Shown: in pieces, positions 43,329 to 59,460 of the stretch
How the letters are laid out: each line of letters starts with the position of its first letter
How positions within the stretch are numbered: the stretch's first letter is position 1
DNA from: Gaiellaceae bacterium
Lineage (GTDB): Bacteria > Actinomycetota > Thermoleophilia > Gaiellales > Gaiellaceae
Direction: 5' to 3'
NCBI GenBank assembly: GCA_049591255.1
Contig: JBAWEP010000071.1
Span: 7,786 to 71,785, forward strand
DNA length: 64,000 nucleotides
The notes under the pieces: generated by a model
Seen by the model: the letters and a program-made list of their open reading frames with translations, nothing else
Databases searched by the model: none
What the model was told of the DNA's origin: nothing
Translations under genes and position numbers: made by a program

Positions 43329-43795
43329 CAGCGGTAGTGCGCGAAGGCCCTGTTGGCCTGCGCCATTCTGTAGATGTCGTCCTTGCGCTTGAAGGCGCCG
43401 CCCTGCTGCTCGAGCGCGTCGAGAATCTCGCCGGCGAGCTTCTCCGGCATCCGCTTCTCGCGGCGCTGGCGGGCGAACGTGACAAGCCAGCGAACAGCAA
43501 GCGTGCGTGCGCGCCGAGGCGGAACCTCGACGGGAACCTGGTAGTTGGCGCCGCCGACGCGGCGTCCGCGAACCTCGAGCACCGGCGTCAGCGTCTTGAT
43601 CGCCTGCTCGAGCCCTTCCAGCGGAGGCTTACCGGTGCGCTCGGAGACGATCGAGAGCGCGTCGTAGACGACCTTCTCGGCCATCGAGCGCTTGCCCTCG
43701 CGCATCACCCGGTTGATCACCTGGGCAACGAGGCGGGAGTTGAAGACCGGATCGGGCTCGATCGTACGGGGCTTTATCTCAGCACGGCGCGGCAT
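43325..43795 (-). CDS. rpsG: 30S ribosomal protein S7
   Basis: [20 protein letters not shown].. canonical uS7. Confidence 0.97.
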   Translation of the reverse strand: MPRRAEIKPRTIEPDPVFNSRLVAQVINRVMREGKRSMAEKVVYDALSIVSERTGKPPLEGLEQAIKTLTPVLEVRGRRVGGANYQVPVEVPPRRARTLAVRWLVTFARQRREKRMPEKLAGEILDALEQQGGAFKRKDDIYRMAQANRAFAHYRW

Positions 43796-43800
43796 CGAAC

Positions 43801-44169
43801 CTATGGCCTCTTGGCGCCGTACTTCGAACGAGCCTGGCGGCGGTCGCCGACGCCGGACGTGTCGAGGGCGGCGCGGACGACCTTGTAGCGAATGCCCGGC
43901 AGGTCCTTGACGCGGCCACCGCGGATGAGCACAACCGAGTGCTCCTGCAGGTTGTGACCCTCGCCGGGAATGTAAGTCGTGACCTCCATGCCGTTCGTCA
44001 GGCGAACGCGCGCGACCTTGCGCAGAGCCGAGTTCGGCTTCTTGGGCGTCGTCGTGTAGACACGCGTGCAGACGCCGCGCTTCTGCGGAGCATTCCGGAG
44101 CGCGGGCGTCTTGGTCTTCGTCTTTTTCGAGACGCGACCTTTACGGATGAGCTGATTTACGGTGGGCAT
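43801..44169 (-). CDS. rpsL: 30S ribosomal protein S12
   Basis: Start trimmed to [12 protein letters not shown].. (122 aa). Confidence 0.97.
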   Translation of the reverse strand: MPTVNQLIRKGRVSKKTKTKTPALRNAPQKRGVCTRVYTTTPKKPNSALRKVARVRLTNGMEVTTYIPGEGHNLQEHSVVLIRGGRVKDLPGIRYKVVRAALDTSGVGDRRQARSKYGAKRP

Positions 44170-44236
44170 GGATTTGCGTGATTGCCTTCTTACACAGCAA
44201 AGGCCAGCGGGCGACGACCCGCCAACCGGACTGCGG

Positions 44237-44265
44237 ATGCTAGCGGAGGCCAGCTCCAGCGTCAA
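44237..44265 (-). promoter_or_regulatory. candidate sigma70 promoter for rpsL-rpsG-fusA-tuf
   Basis: Minus strand reads TTGACG (44260-44265), a 17-nt spacer, then TAGCAT (44237-44242), about 68 nt upstream of the rpsL ATG. The same CCGCTAGCATCCGC string recurs upstream of rplK (about 58012-58030). Confidence 0.45.
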
Positions 44266-44419
44266 ACGGCCACCGCCCTCCTACCCGCTTTCGACCGATT
44301 GGTCGCGCCGGCAGGAAGACAGGGTAGCGCAGAGTCCGCGTCTCACATGGGCACCATCGCGGTCCGAACTGCCGGCGCAGCCTTCCCGCAAGGATAAATG
44401 CCTGCATATGAGTATCGAA

Positions 44420-44458
44420 GGAGTAGTCGAAAGACCTGCGCGGCCCCGCGACTACTCC
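44420..44458 (-). terminator. strong hairpin downstream of rpoC (terminator-like, no U tract)
   Basis: Perfect 10-bp stem GGAGUAGUCG / CGACUACUCC with a 19-nt GC-rich loop, beginning 15 nt after the rpoC stop. Confidence 0.4.
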
Positions 44459-44472
44459 ATCGACAACTACTC

Positions 44473-49023
<4,551 letters not shown>

Positions 49024-49123
49024 TTCCGCCTACCTCCGACCGCGCAGGCGGTCTCTCTAAGGGTGCGCAACTTCTTCTCCCCGCTCTCTCTGTCTAGTTC
49101 TTGCAATATCGTCAGGCCGACCA

Positions 49124-52780
<3,657 letters not shown>

Positions 52781-52914
52781 ATGAGACAGCCTCCCTTAAC
52801 GGCGTCTAAACAGAAATGCGGACAGGCGGAACTTGGCGCAACTCTCAACGGTAGCGAAAGAACCCGCCCTTCCGCAAGAAAGATCCGACGGTGACGTGCA
52901 CCGCCTGCCGGCCC

Positions 52915-52942
52915 ACTATAACTCGGCGCTCGTTGGAGTCAA
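52915..52942 (-). promoter_or_regulatory. candidate sigma70 promoter for rpoBC
   Basis: Minus strand reads TTGACT (52937-52942), a 16-nt spacer, then TATAGT (52915-52920), about 130 nt upstream of the rpoB start. A dedicated promoter is needed because rpoB is separated from rplJL by an opposite-strand gene. Confidence 0.45.
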
Positions 52943-53071
52943 GCCGGTAGGCGCGAGAAAACGACGGGGAGTGGGGTATTTCGCGCTCAACTCGCGCCGA
53001 GTCACTGCCGATTCAGTCACGAGCACGACGATTCGCCAATCGCAGCTGTACCTTCGAACCGCACCACCCCG

Positions 53072-55207
53072 TTGAGCATCACTCCTCAGAGCCCAATCGC
53101 CCCGCGCGAACGAACGATGCCGACCGAGGGCGTCGTCGGTCGAGTAAAACGCCGACCTCGACCCGAGCGTCGCGCCGGCTATGCGCTGCTTGCGCTCGTC
53201 AGCCTCAGCGCTCTGGGGCACGTGATCGTCTCCCTTTCGCGCGCGAGCATCGTCTTTCTTCCCGACGAGTATCTCTACATCGAGCTCTCTCGTTCGATCT
53301 CGTCGACCGGACTACCACTCGTGCGCGGCAGCCAGATCTTCTTCCCTTCGCTCCTGCAGCCGATTCTCACCGCTCCCGCCTGGCTATTCGGAAGCGTTGC
53401 CACCGGATTCCATGCCTCGATGGCCATCAACTCGATCGCTATGTCGCTCGCGGCCCTGCCCGTTTACTGGCTCGGGCGCCGGCTGGGTCTATCTCCCTGG
53501 CTTGCTTTCGGAGCCTCGGCGCTGGCGCTGGCCACACCCTCGATGCTCTACTCCTCCTGGCTGATTGCGGAAGCGGTCGCCTATCCGCTCTTCCTCGCCG
53601 CGTTCTCCGCCGGCGTTCTCGCCCTCTCGGGCGAGCGGCGTTGGCTGATTCCGGCGCTCGTCCTCTTCGCGCTCGCTTCCGCGGCGAGAGTTCAGCTGCT
53701 CGTCCTTCCTGTCGCTTTCGCCATTGCGGCGGTGCTCATGGCCATGCGCGAACGCAGATTCCGACGCTTCCTCGCCGAGCGACGCTTCTTGATCGGCGCC
53801 GGCTCGATTCTCGCGGTCACAGCGCTGGTGATACCCGCGAGTGCCCTGGGCTTCTACGGCGGCATCCGCCATGTCGATCTCTCGCCGGGCAGATTCGCCC
53901 TTCATTTCGGTACTCAAGCGATCGGGCTTCTCTTCGCCAGCGCGTGGATCATCGTGCCCGGTGCGCTGATCGGGCTCGGGCTGGCGATCGCTCGACCCCG
54001 CACCCGCGTCGAGCTCAGCTTCGCCTGCAGCGCAGCGATCGTGACTCTCGGGCTTCTCTTACAGGCGTCGTTCTTCGGCGTGGTCACGATTCCGCAGGAG
54101 CGTTACCTCTTCTACTGCGCCCCGATTCTCGCTCTCTCCATAGCGCTGCTGGCAGACCGCGGCTGGCCGCTTCGCAGGTTGCATGCGCTACTCGTGTTGC
54201 CGATCATCGTCCTCGTCGCCGAGCTTCCGCTCTCGACCTACGCGGTCGGTACGCGCCTAGACCAATCCAGCTTCCTCTATGCGGTCTTCCGGCTCGAGCG
54301 CGGCGTCGGTGTCGGCAATGCTTCGCTGATAGTCGCGCTCGTCGTTTCGACACTCGCAGTGGCGACGCTCGCGCTGCCCTTCTCGAGACGCCTGGGCGCG
54401 CCCGGGATCTTCACGTTGGCGATCGCTCTCTCGGCGAGCGCAATGGCGATCTCGGTAAAGGCCGACCTCAGCAACGGGGCCAGGATCGTGCGTGAGGAAG
54501 CGCCCGTCGCCACGTGGGTCGACGCAAAGATCGAGCAGGGCAAGTACGGCGGTCGAGCGGTACTTCTCCAGGGTTACGGAAATCGCAACCCGGCACTCGA
54601 TCTGCTGTTCTGGAACCGCTCGGTCGACCGAGTGGCATTGCTTCCGGACTCGTCCCGCCCGGACGTCCTACCCTGGCCTCGCGCGACGATAGGCTCGGAC
54701 GGTTCGCTCTCGGTAGAAGGAAAGCCGCTCACCGGTCCGCTCGTGATCGACGGCGCGATGCACTCAATTCGCCTGCGAGGGGTCGTCAAGGCGGGCCACT
54801 CGACGACCTTCACGCTCTGGCTACCGCAAGGCCGCCCACGCCTGTCGTCGTATGCCGCCGGCTTCGGCTCGGGCTGGATAGGACCGCGCGCCGCACTGGC
54901 CCTCTGGCCGGCGCGGGCGAACGGTCATCTGGCGGGCTTCCTGTCCTTCCGCGCCAGGGCCGTGCAAAGCACCGGTCGGGCCAGTCTCTCGCTCCAGCTC
55001 CCGGGCGAGGCGAAGCGAAAGGTCGGCCTGGAGCTCGGGAAGCCGCGCCTGGTGCGCATTGCCGTTTGCAGCGACGGCCCCTGGCGAGCAACGATCGCCA
55101 CGACCGCTACTCGCGTCAGGGTGAGCGATTCGACCCTGCTCGAGTCGGCGCGGGCCAGCACTCCGGTCTGGCGAGAAGACGCGAGCGCCTGCGCCCGATC
55201 TCACTGA
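53072..55207 (+). CDS. GT-C fold glycosyltransferase (ArnT/PMT, GT39/GT83-like) membrane protein
   Basis: DEYLY acidic motif after the first TM helix. At least 10 hydrophobic helices in the N-terminal ~480 aa, then a soluble C-terminal domain of about 230 aa. Start uncertain: TTG at 53072 or ATG at 53117. Confidence 0.75.
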   Translation: MSITPQSPIAPRERTMPTEGVVGRVKRRPRPERRAGYALLALVSLSALGHVIVSLSRASIVFLPDEYLYIELSRSISSTGLPLVRGSQIFFPSLLQPILTAPAWLFGSVATGFHASMAINSIAMSLAALPVYWLGRRLGLSPWLAFGASALALATPSMLYSSWLIAEAVAYPLFLAAFSAGVLALSGERRWLIPALVLFALASAARVQLLVLPVAFAIAAVLMAMRERRFRRFLAERRFLIGAGSILAVTALVIPASALGFYGGIRHVDLSPGRFALHFGTQAIGLLFASAWIIVPGALIGLGLAIARPRTRVELSFACSAAIVTLGLLLQASFFGVVTIPQERYLFYCAPILALSIALLADRGWPLRRLHALLVLPIIVLVAELPLSTYAVGTRLDQSSFLYAVFRLERGVGVGNASLIVALVVSTLAVATLALPFSRRLGAPGIFTLAIALSASAMAISVKADLSNGARIVREEAPVATWVDAKIEQGKYGGRAVLLQGYGNRNPALDLLFWNRSVDRVALLPDSSRPDVLPWPRATIGSDGSLSVEGKPLTGPLVIDGAMHSIRLRGVVKAGHSTTFTLWLPQGRPRLSSYAAGFGSGWIGPRAALALWPARANGHLAGFLSFRARAVQSTGRASLSLQLPGEAKRKVGLELGKPRLVRIAVCSDGPWRATIATTATRVRVSDSTLLESARASTPVWREDASACARSH

Positions 55208-55262
55208 GGGCCGGTCGCTGCAGACCGGGAAGTCCAACCTCTCGATCCCCTGACACCTGGTG

Positions 55263-55292
55263 TTATTTGATCTCGATGGTGGCCCCGGTCAT
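55263..55292 (-). pseudogene. fossil copy 1 of the rplL 3' end (MTGATIEIK-stop)
   Basis: Minus strand ATGACCGGGGCCACCATCGAGATCAAATAA mirrors the true rplL C-terminus ..ETGATIEVK-stop, but with different synonymous codons. Confidence 0.5.
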
Positions 55293-55450
55293 GAATAGCG
55301 AGGGCCGGCGGTGCCGGCCCTCGCGACGCTTGGTTTCGGCAGATGCTGCGTACCGAATTGCACTCCGGTGCCAGACTGAAGTCCGGCACCGGAAGTCTTG
55401 TTCCGAATTGTTGGCAGGTGCCAGACTGAAGTCTGGCACCGCCGCTGTGT

Positions 55451-55481
55451 AAATGAAAAGCGCCCGGTTCTCACGGGCGCC
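55451..55481 (-). terminator. intrinsic terminator (possibly bidirectional) between the GT-C gene and rplL
   Basis: Minus strand reads GGCGCCCG-UGAGAAC-CGGGCGC followed by UUUUCAUUU. On the plus strand the same stem is followed by CUUUCCUGUU. Confidence 0.6.
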
Positions 55482-55533
55482 TTTCCTGTTCCGAATTGTT
55501 GGCAGGTGCCAGACTGAAGTCTGGCACCTGGTG

Positions 55534-55560
55534 TTATTTGATCTCGATGGTGGCCCCGGT
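55534..55560 (-). pseudogene. fossil copy 2 of the rplL 3' end (TGATIEIK-stop, preceded by in-frame TAG)
   Basis: The surrounding 35-nt string CCTGGTGTTATTTGATCTCGATGGTGGCCCCGGTC (55527-55561) is identical to that at 55256-55290. Confidence 0.5.
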
Positions 55561-55676
55561 CTAGGTAGAAGGAGGGCCGGCTTTGCCGGCCCTCGCGATG
55601 CTCGGTCGCGACAGACGCTCTCTTCCGAATTGCACTCCGGAGCCAGACTGAAGTCTGGCACCGGAAGTGAAGTTGA

Positions 55677-55741
55677 GCTGGAAGAAACGGGGTCGAGGCG
55701 ACCGCTACTTGACCTCGATCGTTGCCCCCGTTTCTTCCAGC
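55677..55741 (-). other. 16-bp perfect inverted repeat enclosing the rplL stop codon
   Basis: CCCCGTTTCTTCCAGC (55726-55741, codons KLEETG of rplL) pairs with GCTGGAAGAAACGGGG (55677-55692, 3' UTR). The 33-nt loop contains the last 7 sense codons (ATIEVK) and the stop. Confidence 0.8.
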
Positions 55742-56091
55742 TTGGCCTTGATCTGTTCGGCCTCGTCCTTGGTGACGCCTTCCTTGATTGCGGTGGGCGC
55801 GCTCTCGACCAGGTCCTTGGCCTCTTTGAGACCGAGACCGGGAACGACCTCGCGCACCACGCGAATGACCTGGATCTTCTTGTCGCCGATCACGGTGAGC
55901 ATGACGTCGAATGCCGTCTGCTCCTCGGCAGCCTCCTCGGCTCCGGCGGCGGCACCCGGCATGGCAGCCATGGCGACCGGCGCGGCGGCGGTGACGCCCC
56001 ACGTTTCCTCGAGCGCGTTCTTCAGCTCTACCAGCTCTAGCACGGTCATCTTGCCGAGCTGATCAACAAGCTTTGCAGTATCGGTTGGCAC
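55705..56091 (-). CDS. rplL: 50S ribosomal protein L7/L12
   Basis: 128 aa. Has ..[19 protein letters not shown].., an Ala-rich hinge, and ..[27 protein letters not shown]. Confidence 0.97.
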   Translation of the reverse strand: MPTDTAKLVDQLGKMTVLELVELKNALEETWGVTAAAPVAMAAMPGAAAGAEEAAEEQTAFDVMLTVIGDKKIQVIRVVREVVPGLGLKEAKDLVESAPTAIKEGVTKDEAEQIKAKLEETGATIEVK

Positions 56092-56109
56092 TTGTACTAC
56101 CCCTTCCTG

Positions 56110-56643
56110 TTACAGATCTTCAGATTCCAATTGCTTGACACGCGCGTCCAGCACTCCGACTAGATCGCGCAAGGGAGCCGTGAACAGGCCGACGATTGCC
56201 GTCGGCGCAGCTGCGATGGCACCAACGAGCTGAGCTCGCAGGACGGCTGCCGAAGGCAACTTGGCCAGGTCTGCGATCTGCTCGGCGTGAATCTCCGAGC
56301 CCTGCAGAACTCCACCGCGAATGCTCAGGACCTTGGTTGCCTTGGCGGTATCTCCGAGCACCTTGGCCAGGCCCACCGGATCGCCGTCCGACTCCAGGAA
56401 CGCGATTGCCGTCGGTCCTTCGAGAAGCTCCAGCAGGTTCGACGCACCGGCCTCTTCGGCGGCTCGTTTCGCCAGCGTGTTCTTCACGACACTGAACCGA
56501 GCGCCGCATTTGCGAAGCTGGCTGCGGAGCTCTGCGAGATCGCTCGTCGTGAGTCCGCGGTAGTCGGTGACAATCAGCGTCTCGGTCTGCTTGAGACGCT
56601 CCGCCAGCTCGGCGATGACGCGCTCCTTGTCGGTTTTAAGCAT
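56110..56643 (-). CDS. rplJ: 50S ribosomal protein L10
   Basis: Start trimmed to MLKTDKERVIAELAERLK.. (177 aa). Confidence 0.95.
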   Translation of the reverse strand: MLKTDKERVIAELAERLKQTETLIVTDYRGLTTSDLAELRSQLRKCGARFSVVKNTLAKRAAEEAGASNLLELLEGPTAIAFLESDGDPVGLAKVLGDTAKATKVLSIRGGVLQGSEIHAEQIADLAKLPSAAVLRAQLVGAIAAAPTAIVGLFTAPLRDLVGVLDARVKQLESEDL

Positions 56644-56799
56644 CTGATCACCTCCTCGAAACAATTCGAGCCCGCACTGAGGCGAGCTCGGAGAGAGGCG
56701 GCGCCTCCGCTGAAGGAGGCGAGAAGCCGTTCCGGGCCGCCTGGGCTGGGCTTCTGCTGCGAGAGCTGCCAGCTGTCTTTGGCGACGGGCTTGGGTTGA
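56644..56799 (-). promoter_or_regulatory. possible rplJ (L10) leader region
   Basis: 156-nt GC-rich untranslated spacer at the position where L10(L12)4 autoregulatory leaders occur. The structure was not verified by eye. Confidence 0.3.
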
Positions 56800-57534
56800 C
56801 TAAGCGCTGACCGCTTGCTCCTCCTCGAGCTCCTCGGTCAGATCTCTTACCTTGGTCGGATCGACGTGGATGCCGGGGCCCATGGTCGTCGTCAACGTGA
56901 TCGCCTGGATGTAGCGGCCCTTGGCCGCCGCAGGCTTGGCGCGCATGATCTCCTCGACCAGCGTCGCGTAGTTCTCGAGCAAGGCGCGCTCGCTGAAGGA
57001 GCGCTTGCCGATCGAGACGTGCACGTTGGCACCGCGATCGGTGCGGTACTCGACCTTGCCGGCCTTGGCGTCGCCCACGGCCTTGGCGATGTCGAAGGTG
57101 ACGGTGCCGGTCTTGGGGTTCGGCATCAGGCCGCGCGGGCCGAGCACGCGCCCGAGCTTGCCGACGTTGCCCATCTGGTCGGGCGTGGCGATGGCGACGT
57201 CGAAATCGGTGAAGCCCTCCGTGACGCGCTTGGCCAGATCGGCGGAGCCGACCACGTCGGCGCCGGCGTCCTCGGCTTCCTTGGCCTTCTCGCCCTCGGC
57301 GAAGACGGCAACCCGGACGTTCTTACCGGTTCCGTTGGGAAGCATGAGCGTGCCGCGCAACTGCTGGTCGGCGTGGCGAACGTTGAGCCCGAGCCGGAAG
57401 TGAACCTCGACGGTCTCGTCGAACTTGGCCGCAGCGAACTCCTTGAGCATGTGAATCGCCTCGAGCGGCGCGTAAACGCTTTCGCGGTCGATCTGGGAGC
57501 GTGCGCTCGTGTAACGCTTGCCGCGACCGCTCAT
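56800..57534 (-). CDS. rplA: 50S ribosomal protein L1
   Basis: ..[26 protein letters not shown].. canonical uL1. Confidence 0.97.
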   Translation of the reverse strand: MSGRGKRYTSARSQIDRESVYAPLEAIHMLKEFAAAKFDETVEVHFRLGLNVRHADQQLRGTLMLPNGTGKNVRVAVFAEGEKAKEAEDAGADVVGSADLAKRVTEGFTDFDVAIATPDQMGNVGKLGRVLGPRGLMPNPKTGTVTFDIAKAVGDAKAGKVEYRTDRGANVHVSIGKRSFSERALLENYATLVEEIMRAKPAAAKGRYIQAITLTTTMGPGIHVDPTKVRDLTEELEEEQAVSA

Positions 57535-57956
57535 GACTCGACCTCGACTCCCATCGAACGTGCGGTGCCGGCGATGACCAGCATCGCGGCCTCGACGTCG
57601 TTGGCGTTCAGGTCGCTCATCTTCGTCTCGGCGATCTGGCGCAACTGAGCCTGCGTCAGCTTTCCCACCTTGGTGCGATTCGGCTCGCCCGAGCCCTTCT
57701 CCAGCCGCAGCGCCTCCTTGATCAGGACGGCAGCCGGCGGCGTCTTGGTGATGAAGCTGAAGGAGCGATCCTCGTAGACCGTGATCTCGACCGGGATGAT
57801 GCGCCCGTTGTCGGCCTGCGTCTTGGCATTGAAGGCCTTGCAGAAATCCATGATGTTGAGTCCGTGCTGACCCAGCGCGGGACCGACCGGAGGCGCCGGG
57901 TTGGCCTGCCCGCCGGGGATTTGGAGCTTGATCAATGTCAGGACTTTCTTGGCCAC
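57531..57956 (-). CDS. rplK: 50S ribosomal protein L11
   Basis: [32 protein letters not shown].. canonical uL11. Confidence 0.97.
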   Translation of the reverse strand: MAKKVLTLIKLQIPGGQANPAPPVGPALGQHGLNIMDFCKAFNAKTQADNGRIIPVEITVYEDRSFSFITKTPPAAVLIKEALRLEKGSGEPNRTKVGKLTQAQLRQIAETKMSDLNANDVEAAMLVIAGTARSMGVEVES

Positions 57957-58050
57957 TTCTCTTGTCTCTCTCTCGAAGACCTCCAGCCGGCTGGAGATCG
58001 ATCTTGCTGCGGCAGCGGATGCTAGCGGATCTGACTTCTACGCTGGCGAT

Positions 58051-58159
58051 TCTTTGTGACGCTTCCTTTTTCGGATTGAACGCCCGGGGCGGATTGCTTT
58101 CTTGTGACGCTTCCTTATTCCGAATTGAACGCCCGAGCCAGACTGAAGTCTGGCACGGG
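58051..58159 (-). repeat. tandem ~48-nt repeat plus fifth copy of the CCAGAC-TGAA-GTCTGG hairpin module (nusG-rplK spacer)
   Basis: Plus strand has TTGTGACGCTTCCTTTTTCGGATTGAACGCCCGG (about 58054-58087) and TTGTGACGCTTCCTTATTCCGAATTGAACGCCCGA (about 58102-58136), followed by hairpin CCCGAGCCAGAC-TGAA-GTCTGGCACGGG (58132-58159). Confidence 0.8.
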
Positions 58160-58168
58160 ATTATGTGC

Positions 58169-58221
58169 TCCTTCGAGATGGTGACGCATCGCTAATCGAG
58201 CTTCTTGACCATCTCGAAGGA
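58169..58221 (-). other. 14-bp perfect inverted repeat enclosing the nusG stop codon
   Basis: ACCATCTCGAAGGA (58208-58221, codons SFEMV of nusG) pairs with TCCTTCGAGATGGT (58169-58182, 3' UTR). The 25-nt loop contains the last sense codons (KKLD) and the TAG stop. Confidence 0.8.
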
Positions 58222-58728
58222 AAGCTCGACGGGCACTTGGCGCTCGAAGATGTTGACCAGCACCTTCAGCTTCTGCTGATCGGGGTTGACGTCGACGATC
58301 TCGCCGTCGAAGTCTGCCAGGTGACCGGAGGTGATCTTGACCGACTCGCCGAGCGAGAACTCGACCTGGGCTCGCGGACGGGCGCCTTCGCCCTGGCTCT
58401 TGCCGGTGTGCAGGATGCGCTCGATCTCGCCCTCGGAGAGCGGCACCGGCTTGGAGCCGGATCCTACGAAGCCGGTCACACCGGGGGTGTTCTTGACCAG
58501 GATCCAGGCCTCGTCGTCGAGATTCATGTTCACCAGCACGTAGCCGGGCAGCACGCGCTTCTCGGCCTGAACCTTCTGGCCGTCCTTGGTCTCGATCACG
58601 CTCTCGGTGGGCACCACGACACGCCGGAAGCGCGACTGCTGGCCCATCGAGATGATCCGGTGCTCGAGATTGGCCTTGACCTTGTTCTCGTGCCCGGAAT
58701 AGGTGTTGATCACATACCAGAGGAACAT
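58192..58728 (-). CDS. nusG: transcription termination/antitermination factor NusG
   Basis: NGN domain (WYVINTYSGHENKVK) and KOW motif (GESVKITSGHLADFDGEIVDV). Confidence 0.97.
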   Translation of the reverse strand: MFLWYVINTYSGHENKVKANLEHRIISMGQQSRFRRVVVPTESVIETKDGQKVQAEKRVLPGYVLVNMNLDDEAWILVKNTPGVTGFVGSGSKPVPLSEGEIERILHTGKSQGEGARPRAQVEFSLGESVKITSGHLADFDGEIVDVNPDQQKLKVLVNIFERQVPVELSFEMVKKLD

Positions 58729-58744
58729 GCGCGCGACTCTCCTA

Positions 58745-59074
58745 TTACCCCAGAAGAACGTTTTGGACTAGATGCCTGAATGCCAGATCGGCAAGGGCCA
58801 GATACCCGCCGACGATCGCGCAGGCAATGATCACGACGACCGTGCCCTGCACCAGCTGCTGGCGCCCCGGCCACTCGACCTTCTTCAGCTCGGCAGCGGA
58901 CTCCCCGATGAAGCCGATGAAGCCGAAGCGTCGACGCGTGGTCGCCGGCCTGACCTCGGGCTTCGGCGCGCGGAGCGTAGACGACTGCCTGGAGGCACGA
59001 GTCTCCGCGGCGAGCGTCGAGTCGGCGCTCCCGGCACGGCGAGCGCGGCGCTGTTGACGAGTTGGGCGGGCCAT
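58745..59074 (-). CDS. secE: preprotein translocase subunit SecE with Arg/Ser/Thr-rich N-terminal extension
   Basis: Start trimmed to MARPTRQQRR.. (109 aa). Conserved ..ELKKVEWPGRQQL.. is followed by the single TM helix. Confidence 0.88.
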   Translation of the reverse strand: MARPTRQQRRARRAGSADSTLAAETRASRQSSTLRAPKPEVRPATTRRRFGFIGFIGESAAELKKVEWPGRQQLVQGTVVVIIACAIVGGYLALADLAFRHLVQNVLLG

Positions 59075-59087
59075 TGCCTCGTCCCCG

Positions 59088-59252
59088 CTAGCGGGTCTCC
59101 CGGTGCAGGGTGTGCTTCCCGCACCAACGGCAGTACTTGTTGAACTCCACCCTGTCGGGCGTGTTCCGCTTCGATTTCTCGCTTTGGTAGTTACGACGCT
59201 TGCACTCGGTGCAGGCGAGCGTAACAGCGACTCTGACTCCGGTTTTTGCCAT
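59088..59252 (-). CDS. rpmG: 50S ribosomal protein L33 (Cys4 type)
   Basis: Not in the ORF track. Hand translation gives [54 protein letters not shown] followed by a stop. Confidence 0.93.
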   Translation of the reverse strand: MAKTGVRVAVTLACTECKRRNYQSEKSKRNTPDRVEFNKYCRWCGKHTLHRETR

Positions 59253-59460
59253 GTTCCCTTACGGTTTCTGAGCGCGAAAGAATAGCGGCCTAACCCGCCG
59301 CCGATCACCAGTCTAGCTGGTCTTGGCGAAACGGCGCGCAGCCTCGAACGACTCGCATGATTCGCCGGCCGCGGCACCGGCTTCGCCGAGGTCGGGCGCA
59401 ATCGCGGAAGTGGTCTCGACCATGCGGAGCGGCGCCTCCTCGCCGAGGGTGACGCCGAGC

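Larger units (their letters stand above)
55250..55669 (-). repeat. complex repeat region downstream of rplL: about 140-nt unit duplicated at 272-nt spacing plus four palindromic hairpin modules
   Basis: Units 55256-55396 and 55527-55668 are about 80% identical. Hairpins with core (G/A)GCCAGAC-TGAA-GTC(T/C)GGCAC lie at 55361-55396, 55415-55440, 55503-55530 and 55633-55669, each next to T(T/A)CCGAATTG. GC hairpins GAGGGCCGGC-nnn-GCCGGCCCTC lie at 55300-55322 and 55572-55594. Confidence 0.85.

Noticed and set aside
55351-55669. Repeated 24-36-nt palindromes considered as a CRISPR array.
   Set aside because: Spacing is irregular (about 20 to 105 nt). The intervening sequences are themselves duplicated. 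Repeats differ in flanking arms, and no cas genes are present.
55263-56002. ORFs 55263-55661 (132 aa), 55201-55389 (62 aa) and 55289-56002 (237 aa) in the rplL downstream region.
   Set aside because: They read straight through the palindromic hairpin repeats, so the same peptide strings (PDFSLAPECNS, CQTSVWH) recur from repeat DNA. They also overlap rplL out of frame. Only the terminal TGATIEIK strings carry meaning, as gene-end fossils.
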